Shown here in pieces: positions 1 through 11,990 of a stretch of 64,000 nucleotides of DNA. Under the pieces are notes generated by a model, which worked only from the letters and a program-made list of their open reading frames with translations, ran no database searches and was not told the origin of the DNA. The stretch's first letter is position 1. Each line of letters starts with the position of its first letter. The DNA lies in assembly GCF_036588685.1 (NCBI RefSeq), contig NC_086382.1, forward strand, positions 5,642,001 through 5,706,000, in the 5' to 3' direction. The translations under genes and the position numbers were made by a program. The DNA is from Mytilus trossulus. Taxonomy: Eukaryota.

Positions 1-212
1 TTTTTATTTCAATTTAATATGTCGTCAACCGGAAAAATCAATCATGATAATGACCAATACGGCGATAACAATTATTTTCTTGCTGTTGTAACTTTTGGGG
101 ACAAAAAAGGGGGGTAACTGTACGTATTGGAGAAGTGCACTTATCAAGCATTATGTATAATATCATTCAATTTAACGACAGAGATCAACGCAAACATATT
201 CCTAAAGATAAG

Positions 213-350
213 CAGGGGCGTATCCAGCCATTTGAAAAAGGGGGCGGGGGTCCCAACCAAGGACAAAAAAGGGGGGTTCCAACTATATGTCCCCATTCAA
301 ATGCATTGATCGGCCAAAAAAAGGGACACCCCCCTCTGGATCCGCCACTG
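213..350 (+). mobile_element. Short non-autonomous TIR element (MITE), CAGGGGCGGATCCAG family
   Basis: Ends caggggcgtatccag ... ctggatccgccactg are imperfect 15-bp inverted repeats; G/C-run-rich interior; a second copy lies at 1291-1441. No clean TSD. Confidence 0.7.
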
Positions 351-1290
351 GTTAGTGTTGCTGCTTAAAAATATTCAGTAAATATACTATTTTTTCTTCA
401 TATTTTAGATTGATAGTGCTGATTCATTTACAATCCAGTCGGAAGGAAACCTTTTGAAAAAAAACATCAAAACACGGAAGTTGTCTTCCTCACCTCTACA
501 TTTATCAAAAGTTAAACTCTTCGAAAGTTAATTAAGAAATGTGTTTTAACTAAAAATAAAAAGTAAAATGTATTTGCATCAATTGAACATATGCATCTGC
601 ACTATAATTATTAGGTTATCTCCCCTAAGGTAATATATTTAATTTAGATTCTTAACCAATTCATTAAAGAAAAGAAAACCCCGATTGATTTATGCAATGT
701 TAAGTGTGTCGCGCACTTGGTGAGAAGACAAGGTAATAAAGAAAGATTGAAAGAAAGAAAGTATTAGTCGTTAATTATAGAAATGACCGACCGAAAATAG
801 GAGAAAGATCGCGCGAGAACAACTCAGAGTCAGAGACAGTTCGTATGAAGACACGACAGAAATATGTTTTCATTTTGCTTTTAAAAACATTCCACAAAGA
901 AAATTTGGAGCCTCACGTTTTTAAAAAATCCGGGATCAAAAATAAATTAATATCTTTGTTATTATTAAATGTCTTCGTTTAACTGATAAAGTTAAAAGTT
1001 GTGAATTTCATAAGTGAATCTTTTTGACAAGTGGTATGAAATAAATCAATTTGCGCATAAACACTTAGTGATGAAACAATCTTGAACCCTCTTTTCTAAA
1101 CATTCAATACATTTGAAGAAAGTATTTCTAAATTGAAACGGAAAAGTAAAATATGTTCCCATTGAAAAACGACAAGATATATCGATTAAGGTGTAAAAAG
1201 GGTTAACGCTGTAAATATTTACTATTCGTCCGCCGCTAGTACAAATGGGAAACAAAACTTCTGCGACTGTCCATTTTTTTATCATATCAA

Positions 1291-1441
1291 CAGTGGTGGA
1301 TCCAGGGGAAGGGTTTCGGGGGTTGGACCCCCCTTTTTTTGAATGGGAACATATGGCTGTACCCCCCCCCCCCCCCCCACACACACACCCTTTATCATCG
1401 GTTCGAAACCTCCTTTTTGAAAATGGCTGGATCCGCCCTTG
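1291..1441 (-). mobile_element. MITE of the same family as 213-350, opposite orientation
   Basis: Ends cagtggtggatccag ... ctggatccgcccttg; interior tttgaaaatggctggat is the reverse complement of atccagccattt(g)aaaa in copy 1; flanks tatcaa/tatcat may be a degenerate 6-bp TSD. Confidence 0.7.
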
Positions 1442-3281
1442 TATCATTCAGATTTAAGATATGTTGAGTTATAATTGATGACAGTCGAGAGTGTTACCAG
1501 GTCATTAGCCACTTGTACTTCGGTACTGGTATAAATATACGTATATTTTTTTATTGAAATGTTCTGTTGTAAAATAGGGGAAATCTTTCTGTATTAATGA
1601 ACGTATTTCCCCTCATGCAATGATTGATTCCTTAGTATCCGGGGTTGAATTATTACTTTTGTTCCTTTTTTATCAGCTATTCATCGTTGGTATTAAGTTT
1701 TGGATTTTCAAATATTTAGACCTTGATAATTACTGAAGAGACATAAAAAAATATTGAAATGTGTATCTGATGTAACCTGTTCACTGCCGTATACTATATA
1801 CTAGTAATATCATGGATAGTATTTACCCATATTTGAATTGTATTCTCCAATAAATCTTCGTGTAAGAAATCTCACTGTCACTGCTGAAAAATAAAACATA
1901 AGTTTGAAAAAACTAAACAGTTTGTGAGAAGCAGTAACAATTACATTATGACTTTTTTTAGTTTCTAATATTTCTTATATCATCAGCATCAGTAGCAATA
2001 GAAAAACAGAGTGAGAACAATTCAATGAACAATTTTAGAAATAACAAGAGAAAAAAATTGAAGGTAATTATTCAGTTTGGAGAAATATGAATTAAAAGTT
2101 AAGAATGCCAGAATTTACAGTTAGGAAATTATTTTTGTACTTTTTTCAGTTGCAAAAGATTATTGTTCAATCAGTATTAATTGTATATACAATGTATTCT
2201 GAATTCGTTCCTTAATATCATTCGCTTTACTTACAGTTAGGTTAATATGTACACATACTTTTATATTTGCTATTTTCATTGAACTTCAATAAATACATTA
2301 GATATCTATTTGAATTTACTAAAACATGGAAAGTTCTCTCCAAAATGTTAATGCAACCTGAAAGCAAATCAAAGTGGCACGCTTTTAGAAATTCATGGTC
2401 AGATTGTTCATATTTCTCAATCAATGTCATAACAGAGAGGAACAAACATGTGCAGTTAAAGTTGCTTACCGGATTTGCCAACATTTTCTGCACCCAAAAC
2501 AACAACTCTCAATGACATGCTGCAACGGTCTCAAAATTCACAAAAATATACAGTCATGATCACAAAATATTCCTTACTATTTGTAACTATTAAATTTCCA
2601 ATAATAAAGACACTGAATATCGCGAATAACTTTGCAAATCTAATTTAACTTTGTGATAAACAAGTTTTCTAAAATGAAAAATTATCGAATTGGTTTTAAA
2701 AATCTCATTTCTGTCACTATATTTACTCTTCACAACTTTATATAAACTAACTGAGCTTTGTGACACCCACGTGGTTAATCTATCAAGGTAAAATTTGTTC
2801 ATTTAAGAACTTCTAAATGTAAATAGTAACGTCTTTGGTCCCATTTGATGTATGTTTCAAAATAATGAATCAAAGTAACTTAAATTCTTCAATGACATTC
2901 TGCTGAGCAAAAAACCGTAAATAAACTTAAAACGTTTCTGAAATGAGAGCTTTTAGATAAAATCGAGGAGTTATTTCGGGTAGTTACTATTTATGATCTT
3001 AAATTCGTTGTATATCCCAGTACAAAAGTTATTGGGCCACGTTCTTCGAGTTCATCTGCAGTTGTTAGTTCAAAAATTCACGTATCTATCAAGAGAAATA
3101 AATACTGTATATTACTTTCATTTCATTTTATTGTATCGTTCAGTGTATTTATGAATGAGAAATGGGGTTGAGGTGAAAAAGAAAATTAAAAAAAAGTCTC
3201 CAAAATTTGATCCAAAGTAAAATTTTCATACTTTATCTGCAACCATTTAATTTAATCTAAAGAGGTGAAAAAATCATAGTT

Positions 3282-3423
3282 TATAACTGACTATGCAGTA
3301 TGGGCTTTTCTCATTGTTTGAAGGCCGTACGGTGACCTATTATAGTTGTTAATTTCTGAGTCATTTTGGTCTCTTGTGGAGAGTTGGCTCATTGGCAATC
3401 ATACCACATCTTCTTATTTTATA
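3282..3423 (+). repeat. Short dispersed repeat (family B: ctgactatgc...gaaggccgtacggtgacc...ataccacatcttc)
   Basis: Near-identical to 26250-26387, where the same sequence is inserted into an RT reading frame, showing it is mobile. Confidence 0.75.
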
Positions 3424-3529
3424 CATACATGTATATATATGCATTTCAACTCCTTTTTCCATCAAATTGAATTGAAAAGTTCAAGCCTCAAATTATTATT
3501 GAAAAACACAAGGTTTGGCTAACCACAAA

Positions 3530-3795
3530 ACCAGGCTTAACCCACCATTTTTCTCAAAACGTCCTGCACCAAGTCATGAAAATGGCAGTACTTGTTGTAA
3601 TCTTATAATTCGTTCCTGTGTGTGTTGCATTGTTTTTTGTTTTTTGTTGCACTTCGTTTCTGGTGTTTCGTTGTTTCCCTCTAATAGTTGATTTGCTTCC
3701 CTCGGTTTTAGTTTGTAACCCGGATTTGTTTTCTCTCAATCGATTCAATTTATGACTTTCGAAAAGCGGTAATTACTAATGTTGCTTTTATATAT
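3530..3795 (+). repeat. Dispersed repeat fragment related to the 5' part of family B
   Basis: aacccaccatt...cctgcaccaagtcatga resembles aaccccgccacatt...cctgtcccaagtcagga at 26080-26125. Confidence 0.45.
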
Positions 3796-6700
3796 GGCTA
3801 TTTCAATATCACATACATGATTGATAGAGTGTGCTATTGAAAAAGCCATATCAAAAAAGTTTATTATATAAACCTCAAGTAGTATTTTTTTGACATGACG
3901 TTATACAGATTCAGGGTTTGATTCAGCTGCCTTTGCACTGTGCAATGTTCAGTGAGTGATATCAATGACGTGACGTCATACAGATTCAATGTGTGACAAA
4001 GCATTTGCAACCGTGGCGATATCGATATCCTCACAGATGGCTGATACATCACGATTGCCGTTGCTGTATTTACAACTAATTCTATAATATGTTGATTATT
4101 GCTATTTTACGAAATTTTACATTGCTCTTGCAGACTGGTAATTTCCTTTCTCAGCGGAGTCGAGTGGTATGAAAAATCATCACCAGAAACTATGTGGGCA
4201 TGTGGCATGTCGATGAAATTGACATGAAATTGATAGGTAAAATAGCGACAAACATATTACAATTGGTCATCTCAACTCGATTGCGTGTCTCTCTCTCGCA
4301 GTACCTGCTCAAGCGAGAAAATCAATCTCGTTCAAATGATCGACGATAAACTATAAATATTGTTGCGATATAAAGGCTGAAGACTTCAATATTATGACGT
4401 TACGCATCAAACTTTCGGTTTAGTAATGGTAACGTTACTCGACGTAGTTTCAACCGACTTCTGTCCAAAACGTCAAAGCTTTGCACTATTTATAATACAG
4501 CTGGCATTTTGATGTTTTAACTACTTATTTAAAAAAAAATAGACTGTTAACAGGACGGATTAAATATTTTTGACTGATAAACTTGTCATTCTCAATTTTA
4601 TTTATTTCTTCATAATCTTAACTTATTGAAAGTTTATATTTCAAATATTTGTCACTGGCCAAGCATGGCAATTACTGCAAAATGCATATCCTCGATGATG
4701 CTCAGGATTCCGTCAACACAAATATCTAAATCTAAGCCAGTATTAAAGCTGTAGAGACATTAAAGAGTTTAAGTGTTATCAATCCTCCTTCAATTGTAGT
4801 TTTCGAACTACAATTAGCGCATAATTTTAGAATCTTTCTATCCGAAATTACCAACATCCCAAATATGTGTTTTTTTCAGGAGGATTATAATGAAAAATAA
4901 TCCTCGTTCGGGTCTATGGCAGCCACCGCGCTCCTTTTTGCTTGATCTGTAATTTCAATTTCATCTTCAACTTTTGGAAAGAAAACTGCAGTTTGGAATT
5001 ATTTATTTTATCTAAAATTTAAAAGTGATCTCCAGTCCTTGATATAGAATAAGTATTGTTCACATGCGTCTGTTTGTCGGATGCGTGTTAAAAAGACTGT
5101 GAGTGTATACAATAAACATTCGTACTAGCAAAAACATATCTGTTACTAGGTTCCAAACGAAGTCGAAAGGTTCGGTATTATAGATAACTTATTATTTATC
5201 AAAAGCTTCGACGCCTTTAAGATCAGCACATGATTTACAAAACTTTGATAGAAGTCAAATTTTCTTGTTGATTTATTACCTCTTAAAAGAAATTACTAAA
5301 AGTTATCTCCAAAGAATTATATATCATTACACAGGAAGTGTCAAATGTTAAAGACACAAAAATGCTTAACTTTCAGTCAATGGAAAATAAAATTATATAT
5401 AGTACGTGACATTAACATTCCGTGCAAACAAAACCGTTCAATTCGGACGTGGTAATATTTTGGAGAGACATGGACAACTTGATGAAAATTAATGAAGAAT
5501 TTAGCGTTTCCATAACATTAAAGGCTTAAACAAATCTGTAAAAAAAAAATCACATTTCAGTAATAACATTTGTTTTCATAGTTCATTTATCTGTAACAAA
5601 TTAAAAGTACCCTTAATTATCATGTTCCTGGAAACTCTTGAACAATGGATGTGTGTAACATTTAAGGGAGACACGGAGGGTACTGGAAAAAAATAAAATA
5701 AGAGAAACTGTGTCAGAAATAATAATGTGTTCGTAAAATTCAATAAAATCACATCTGCATGTAGAGGTGGCGAACCTTTTCTATGATTTATGTGAACATA
5801 TTGTAATATCGAAGTGCTTGCTTTCATTTTTGTTAAATCAAATTTTCAAATCTTACAGCTTTGTGGAATTTCGAAAATGGCCACTAGATTGCGAACTAAC
5901 ATGATATTTTTCGAAACCGTTTCACAGCATGAATATGATCCTTTTGTATCCAACCTGTACAAATTTTATCGAAATCCATTCAGTAGGTTTTGGTTTTTTT
6001 TCGTATATATTAGGACGGTTAGCTATTGTTGTTACGTCTTACACGGCAAAAATGGCATTATGGATACGAAATCATTGCTTTGTTATGTAATAATACATAA
6101 CATAGAATTTATTAAAATCAGGTTTTATTTAATTTTGATTGAAATGATCAATTAAGACAAGTAATTATTTAATAATACGCAGAATTGGTTTGTTTTTGTC
6201 CTACTTTTGCATCAAGAAATGATCAACGTTACGTCTATATTATTTGAGGACAACATAACCATTTCTACGTTCTTTTTGAAAACAACAAAGAAAAAACATT
6301 TTAAAGTTTTCTCTGATCACACATGTTCTCATTTTTATATTGTACCATCTTTAATTGTAGTGATAATGTGAAGCACTGTGCAAATCATACCATATTTTCT
6401 TATTTTGTATTATATAAAGCATCGATGTTATCAAATTGTGAAATATAAAGCTGAATAAAAACATACTACGTTATCGCCGCCCCTGTCGTCGGATAATCAT
6501 CCCTGTGTCTCGCATTTTTAACTTTGAGTGATCTTCTCAAATGATCTATTATTATTTACTTTTGTAACATTCGTCAGGTTGAAACAATGCCGGTGTTGGT
6601 TATAAATGTTTACATATATAGAACATTCATACGTATGTGTGAGTGTGTAACACTTATCTACGTCATATCGAGGAATTCCGGGGTTTCCCTTAGTATGTTA

Positions 6701-7730
6701 GGCGGTCATGAACCAGTTGCAAAACAAATCGGACGTCCCCACTTTAGACGAGCAATCAACCTGATGACCTGATCAAGCCTGCAGGCAATACACTACAAAT
6801 ACACACACCCCACACACACACACAAGATAAAAGAATTAAAATAACGCAAATCTAGATACATCGTTCACACTTAAAGACAAAAAAGGACAAAAAGTTGAAA
6901 TTGCCGGTATGAAAATACTTGCACAGCTTCTTTAAAGTACAATTTCAACTAATAAATGAATAGTGCTTTCCAAGCTGAAAATGTCGAGAACTATACACAT
7001 CCAGTAAAGACATGAAATTAGCATGTCAAAATATAAGAGGACAATGTTTAGTTAGGTATAATTCTAATTTTGGATGTAACACTTCTTCTGATTTGCTAAA
7101 AGTGTTTTTGTCCATCAGCTCATATACATAATCTTGTCATGTGACCATGACGTCACCAACATGTTTCATCATTTACTATTAAAAAACTGAGTTCAACTTC
7201 ATAAGGAATGATTTTTTTTTTGATTTTTTTTTTGGGGGGGGGGGGGTATTCGAAATAAACTCAAACATATGGTGCGCATTTTGGAACTACACACTAGGCG
7301 ACCCGTGTCAGTGTGCATCAACTTTTTATGTTTTTTCCTGTTGGACATACACAATATTACAGCCATTCCTTCAATATTACAAATCTAAACAAATACACAT
7401 CAAATCAGTACCGATAAAGACATTTTTAACAGATAAAGCAGCAATGCTAATTTGAAAACCTGAATAAAAAGCAATTTTAAAAAGATCCAACAAATAAGAT
7501 AAATCGTTTACGCTCTATAAACAAGTGACAATTCCGACCATGGCATACACTAGTCATTAGGTGTACACGTCTGTATGTTGTTTTCTAGTAGTCTATTTGT
7601 TACTTTTTTGTCGTATTATTGCTGTCTCATTGACGTTTACCATCTCCATTGATTCATGATACATAGCAACCATCATTTAATGATCATAAAATCCAATTTA
7701 AGATACTTTAAAAAAAGCCAAATTATCAAA

Positions 7731-7830
7731 TGCAGTTTATTTTATTTTACACAATTTTTTAACTGGAACTTTCCACGAACTGAATGTCAAAATAAACTGG
7801 TAAGTGTTTTCTTTTAAAGCGCATCACCCA
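7731..7830 (-). repeat. Diverged tandem duplicate of the last ~30 codons of TRIM copy 1, lying in its 3' flank
   Basis: ctggaactttccacgaa...aaaataaac.gg...aagcgcatcaccca occurs at 7763-7830 and again at 7881-7947. Confidence 0.75.
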
Positions 7831-7857
7831 AGTGTGTTTTGTTTGCGAAATGCAGCT

Positions 7858-9792
7858 TTATTCAACTTCACATACGTATACTGGAACTTTCCACGAATTA
7901 AATGTTAAAATAAACCGGTTAGTATTTCGTTTGAAGCGCATCACCCATGGATATCCAGTGATTGTGTTGTCTATATCTGCCACGGGTACGATCTGGATAA
8001 GTTGTCCAGTAGAGGTCAGCTGATGAATATTATGTGAAGCGTATCCTACTACGTATATTTTCCCTTCTTTATCAATTTCCTGATTATACGGATTTGATAA
8101 TTTATCATGGTTGTACTGAAATCCTTTACCCACAGCCGATTCAAAGTTGATCGTGTGTCCCCCCTTACAGTAAATGTATTCACCTTTCTGGTAACTAGTA
8201 ACGAATCGTGTATCTGAGCTTGTTGTTTGTATTTGTTTTATCTTAGCCCCCGTTTCAGCGTTTAACCAAGAAATGGTACCGTTTCTGGCTGTTATGTACT
8301 GATTGTCAACCAAACATAATCCCCACAAAGGAACACTGCTATCTAATGTCTTAACTAATGTTAACGATTTCACATTGATTATAAATATCTTCTCTGTATT
8401 TGAAGACACGGCTACAGTGCAATCATTCACCTTTGTAATATCAGTCGGGGGTTTCAGAATGTTTAATATATCAATTTGTTTCCCATTTGTATCATTATGA
8501 ACCACCCTTTTCTTGTCATGATCGGTTATAATGATGTCGTCGTTAAAGAATATTCCACTGATAAAACTACCTCTAATGTCGATTTTGAACAACACTTTTA
8601 TCTTTTCAGTATGGACGTTTACAGTCTTTAAACCCTGAAAAGACGGCATTTTTTCACTTAAATGTAGGTGACCGAAGCGAACCGTATCTGAAACAATTTC
8701 TGTAGCTTCAAACTTAATAGACACGTCCCTTATTCCTTGTATAACTGTAGACCAATCCTTTTCGAACTGAGGAATTTTCCTTGAAATCTCCTCTAATTTG
8801 ACGAAGCATTGTAGTTCAGATCCCTCGGATAGACACGTTTCAAATAAATTCTTCCAATGATCAAACTTACTCTTCAATGTTAACAATTCTGTGGAATCTT
8901 CACTTAGTCTAAGAAGATTGTCTTTCCTTGCACCATTTATTTCGTCTTTTATCTTATTTTCTATTTTATTCAATTTTTCATTTATTTTTTGGCGCATGTT
9001 TGCAACTTCCATTAAGACAGCATCTGTTTCTTTTTTGAAATTTGTCGTATAATGGTTTCGTTTTTTGACAACTCCATCTAATTTTTTACCTGTTTCGTTT
9101 AACTTATTCATTAGTTCCTGTGCTTTTTTAGACTCCTTTACACCAGATACAGCCTTATCTATGGCAACCACGTGATCGCATTTTCTGTGGTGTACAGTAG
9201 CACAAATGGTACAACATGGCTGGGTGTGATCCTTGCAGTATATTTCTATTGTCTTGTCTGGATGTTCGTCGCAAGTAACAGACGCACAAATATTTGTAAT
9301 AGGCGTTTCTTCATGCATGTCTTTGATCGGTACTATCTTGTGATTTCGCGCCATTTTGTATGATCTGTGATAGTCTTCACAAGTATCACAATATGCTTCC
9401 TGACAAACCGTACACCAAGAAATTGCCTCTTTAGACACATTTTTACCGCTACAAGTATCACAAAGTTTTTCGGTTTTCTTCATTGCTTTCCTATCCATCA
9501 TCGAAACGACAAAATAATTACCCGGCAAAGATCTAGCCCATGTCTCAGGATTCTTCAAATTGTCTCCCATAGGAATAAAGCGACGACATACCGGGCATTT
9601 GAATCCCTTTAAGTTGTTTCCTTTCGCCTTTGAAACAATATATGAACTTATACAAGTCTCACAAAACGTATGAAGGCACGGTAAATACTTTGGCTGTTTA
9701 AATATTTCAAAACATATACTACACGTCAATAAATCGACAAAATCTCCTTTTATGTGTTCAGCTTCTTCCCCCACGTTTAACGATGTCGCCAT
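7858..9792 (-). CDS. TRIM protein copy 1 (RING-Bbox1-Bbox2-coiled coil-NHL-like beta-propeller; TRIM56/TRIM2/3/71-like E3 ligase), 644 aa, intact
   Basis: Long ORF; C3HC4 [21 protein letters not shown]; B-box1 CDTC..CTVC..CDTC..H..H; B-box2 CDEH..C.DH..CCTIC..HH..C.H; helical mid region; beta-rich C-terminus. Start placed at ATG 9792 (MATSLN) by comparison with paralogues; the ORF-track start at 9807 is TTG. Confidence 0.9.
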   Translation of the reverse strand: MATSLNVGEEAEHIKGDFVDLLTCSICFEIFKQPKYLPCLHTFCETCISSYIVSKAKGNNLKGFKCPVCRRFIPMGDNLKNPETWARSLPGNYFVVSMMDRKAMKKTEKLCDTCSGKNVSKEAISWCTVCQEAYCDTCEDYHRSYKMARNHKIVPIKDMHEETPITNICASVTCDEHPDKTIEIYCKDHTQPCCTICATVHHRKCDHVVAIDKAVSGVKESKKAQELMNKLNETGKKLDGVVKKRNHYTTNFKKETDAVLMEVANMRQKINEKLNKIENKIKDEINGARKDNLLRLSEDSTELLTLKSKFDHWKNLFETCLSEGSELQCFVKLEEISRKIPQFEKDWSTVIQGIRDVSIKFEATEIVSDTVRFGHLHLSEKMPSFQGLKTVNVHTEKIKVLFKIDIRGSFISGIFFNDDIIITDHDKKRVVHNDTNGKQIDILNILKPPTDITKVNDCTVAVSSNTEKIFIINVKSLTLVKTLDSSVPLWGLCLVDNQYITARNGTISWLNAETGAKIKQIQTTSSDTRFVTSYQKGEYIYCKGGHTINFESAVGKGFQYNHDKLSNPYNQEIDKEGKIYVVGYASHNIHQLTSTGQLIQIVPVADIDNTITGYPWVMRFKRNTNRFILTFNSWKVPVYVCEVE

Positions 9793-10694
9793 TTTATCAT
9801 CATACAAACATTTATAAAATTTCCTTGTTCAAAGAATTTCAACTGATAAATATCTAAGTACTTACATACTAATTTCAGTGTACGGATGTTGGTACTTTGT
9901 CGAACACTTTATTTATAACAAAAGTATATATCATAATTTTAACGGTGACGTGTTCGTTTGTGTTCTTTGCATTTCTTCCGGGGTCAATGTTTGACTGGCT
10001 AGTTAAAAAAAAACGATGTCAAAATTAAGAGTTTTGTAAATTGAAAACTTATTAAGAAATTATCCTCAAATATTAATAAATAAAAATCTTGTCCTCCTAT
10101 GTGAAATACCCGTAAAAAAGTAAGTAAAAGATGTCAAAAAGAGAAAGATGCTAAGTATTGCGATCAGTTCGTGAAAGATCTGATCTTATATCGTATTATA
10201 AATGCTATCAAATGCAACTTTACGTTAAACTTTGCGCAAAAAATGTTTGTATAATCAACAGCAAAGCAAAGGAAAAACAGTATATGTCTGTAAAAACCAT
10301 TATACTTCCTCAATAACACTGCACAATAAGGTAACAAAAATGCAGAACATTAACATTAGAAAACACAATCATGTGTGAATTATTGATGGAAAAGCACGTT
10401 TTATTTTAGTTAGATTTTACTATACCACACGTCATTGGAAATTGAATCACTAGTTGATCAGGTAGTGTAGAAAGTGTTATCGTATTTCCTCGAGAAAATG
10501 ATCAGAATATTTATGAAATTTGTTTTTTGTTAATATTTAAAGAGGATTTATCGTGAAAGACCACACTATTAAATATCTGTAACAATGGATAAACTGTTAA
10601 TTAGACCACATTATTGTCCTCAAATCTAAGCTAAAACATTGGAGGAAAACGAAACAGAATGTTATCTAAGGGCCCCATTGGAAATAAAATCTCA

Positions 10695-11150
10695 TGTTGG
10701 TTGACCGTTATGGAATAACCGTTTCACTAATGATATCGGATATGTTCCTAACGTCGTAACTACAATTCCCTTCCCTTTCATGAATGTTACTTACCGAATT
10801 AGACAATTTACCGGATTTGTTTAAACATAAGCAACATGACGGTTGCCACTTCTGGAGCAGGATCTGCTTACCCTTCCGGAGCACCTGAGATCACCCCTAG
10901 TTTTTGGTAGGGTTCGTGTTGTTTATTCTTTAGTTTTCTTTGTTGTGTCATGTGTACTATTGAAGACCTGTTGGTGAATTTCCGCTGGTTTTTTGCTATG
11001 GTCGGGTTGTTGTCTCTTTGATACATTCCCCATTTCCATTCTCAATTTTATTGTTGGTCTGTTTGTCCTTTTCATTTTTAGCCATGGCGTTGTCAGTTTA
11101 TAATCAATTTATGAGTTTGACTGTCCCTCTGATATCTTTCGTCCCTCTTT
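10695..11150 (+). mobile_element. Penelope-like retroelement 3' fragment (end of RT plus 3' UTR)
   Basis: Collinear with 26675-27038 (gttgaccgttatggaataaccgtttca...ggagcaggatctgctta...cgtccctcttt). Confidence 0.75.
10961..11051 (+). repeat. Family A short repeat fragment nested inside the PLE 3' UTR
   Basis: tgaagacctgttggtga...ccccatttccattctcaatttta interrupts gtgtactatt|gtt, which is contiguous in the copies at ~26935 and ~18985. Confidence 0.7.
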
Positions 11151-11237
11151 TATTACAAATAAGGTAAACAGTTTAACTCGGTAGGTCCGTTAGTGAAAAA
11201 GGAACGATATTTTTGTTTCGACATCAGAAAAATATGC

Positions 11238-11990
11238 GATATCATCTATGAAACAGATATTCCATAACGGTCAATCAACTCGTGATGGCGTCCGTAGAAT
11301 TTATGAAGGGATGAAATCAACGTCACAATTTGGAACTCTTGGTTTAATTGCTTTCTTGTAAGCAACGACCCTCTATCAAGGAAATCCTGATAGAAAATAC
11401 AAGCCCTTGAATATCTTATCAATTTGGAGATATAAACTCCGTATGCAGGCGCTGCGATAATATTGCTAAATAAAATAGGAAAGTTCACAATAGGGAAGCT
11501 GAAATCATTTCTTCTTTGTAAAGTTTTGTCTTTAACCGACCTTATTGATAATTTATAGATGTAATTCAAAAGATGAGACCAACTTAATTGTATCTGGTGT
11601 ATCCTTTATCTCTAGTTCGATGAAATAGATGCAATCAACATAGTTACAAATTTTGAATTATTTAGTGAGCGAACATCATCTATATACTAGTATAGCGGAA
11701 AGTACAGATTAAGGATATTTCTTCCTCAAATGTTCCAGTATGACGTCAGCCTCATAAGAGTAAAGGAACAAGTCGGTAAGAAAAGCGACACAGTTGGTAC
11801 TCATGGGAATGACGATAGTTTGTGCTCAAAAAGAAATTTGGTATTTTCAACTCTTTGAATCTTTGAAGCCCGCTTTTGATTGCTGATAAAATTAATGTTA
11901 ATTATTTAGAAAGAGGTTTTGTGCAGCACTTGGAAGACCCAGGAATATACTTGTGTTTGTACGGACACTTGTGTAGTGATTATTGACGCT
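11238..11990 (-). mobile_element. Degenerate Penelope-like reverse transcriptase fragment
   Basis: Minus-strand translation yields LHKCPYKHKYIPGSSKCCTKPLSK, QTIVIPMSTNCVAFLTDLFLYSYEAD, a YIDDV-like motif and DFSFPIVNFP..APAYGVYIS..KFYGRHHELIDRY; stops, frameshifts and an internal deletion are present. Confidence 0.75.

Noticed and set aside
127-1457. Gly/Pro-rich short ORFs
   Set aside because: They derive from G/C runs in the two MITEs.
2242-2515. Overlapping 87/82-aa ORFs as an exon
   Set aside because: No recognisable domain or convincing splice sites.
4743-5220. TTAA-flanked Kolobok-like MITE
   Set aside because: Putative TIRs match too weakly to support a call.
6570-6790. Hammerhead ribozyme (ctgatga core) or NF-kB site GGGGTTTCCC
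   Set aside because: Could not build the three stems with a correctly placed GAAA; the kB-like 10-mer lies 3' of the cluster inside a probable repeat.
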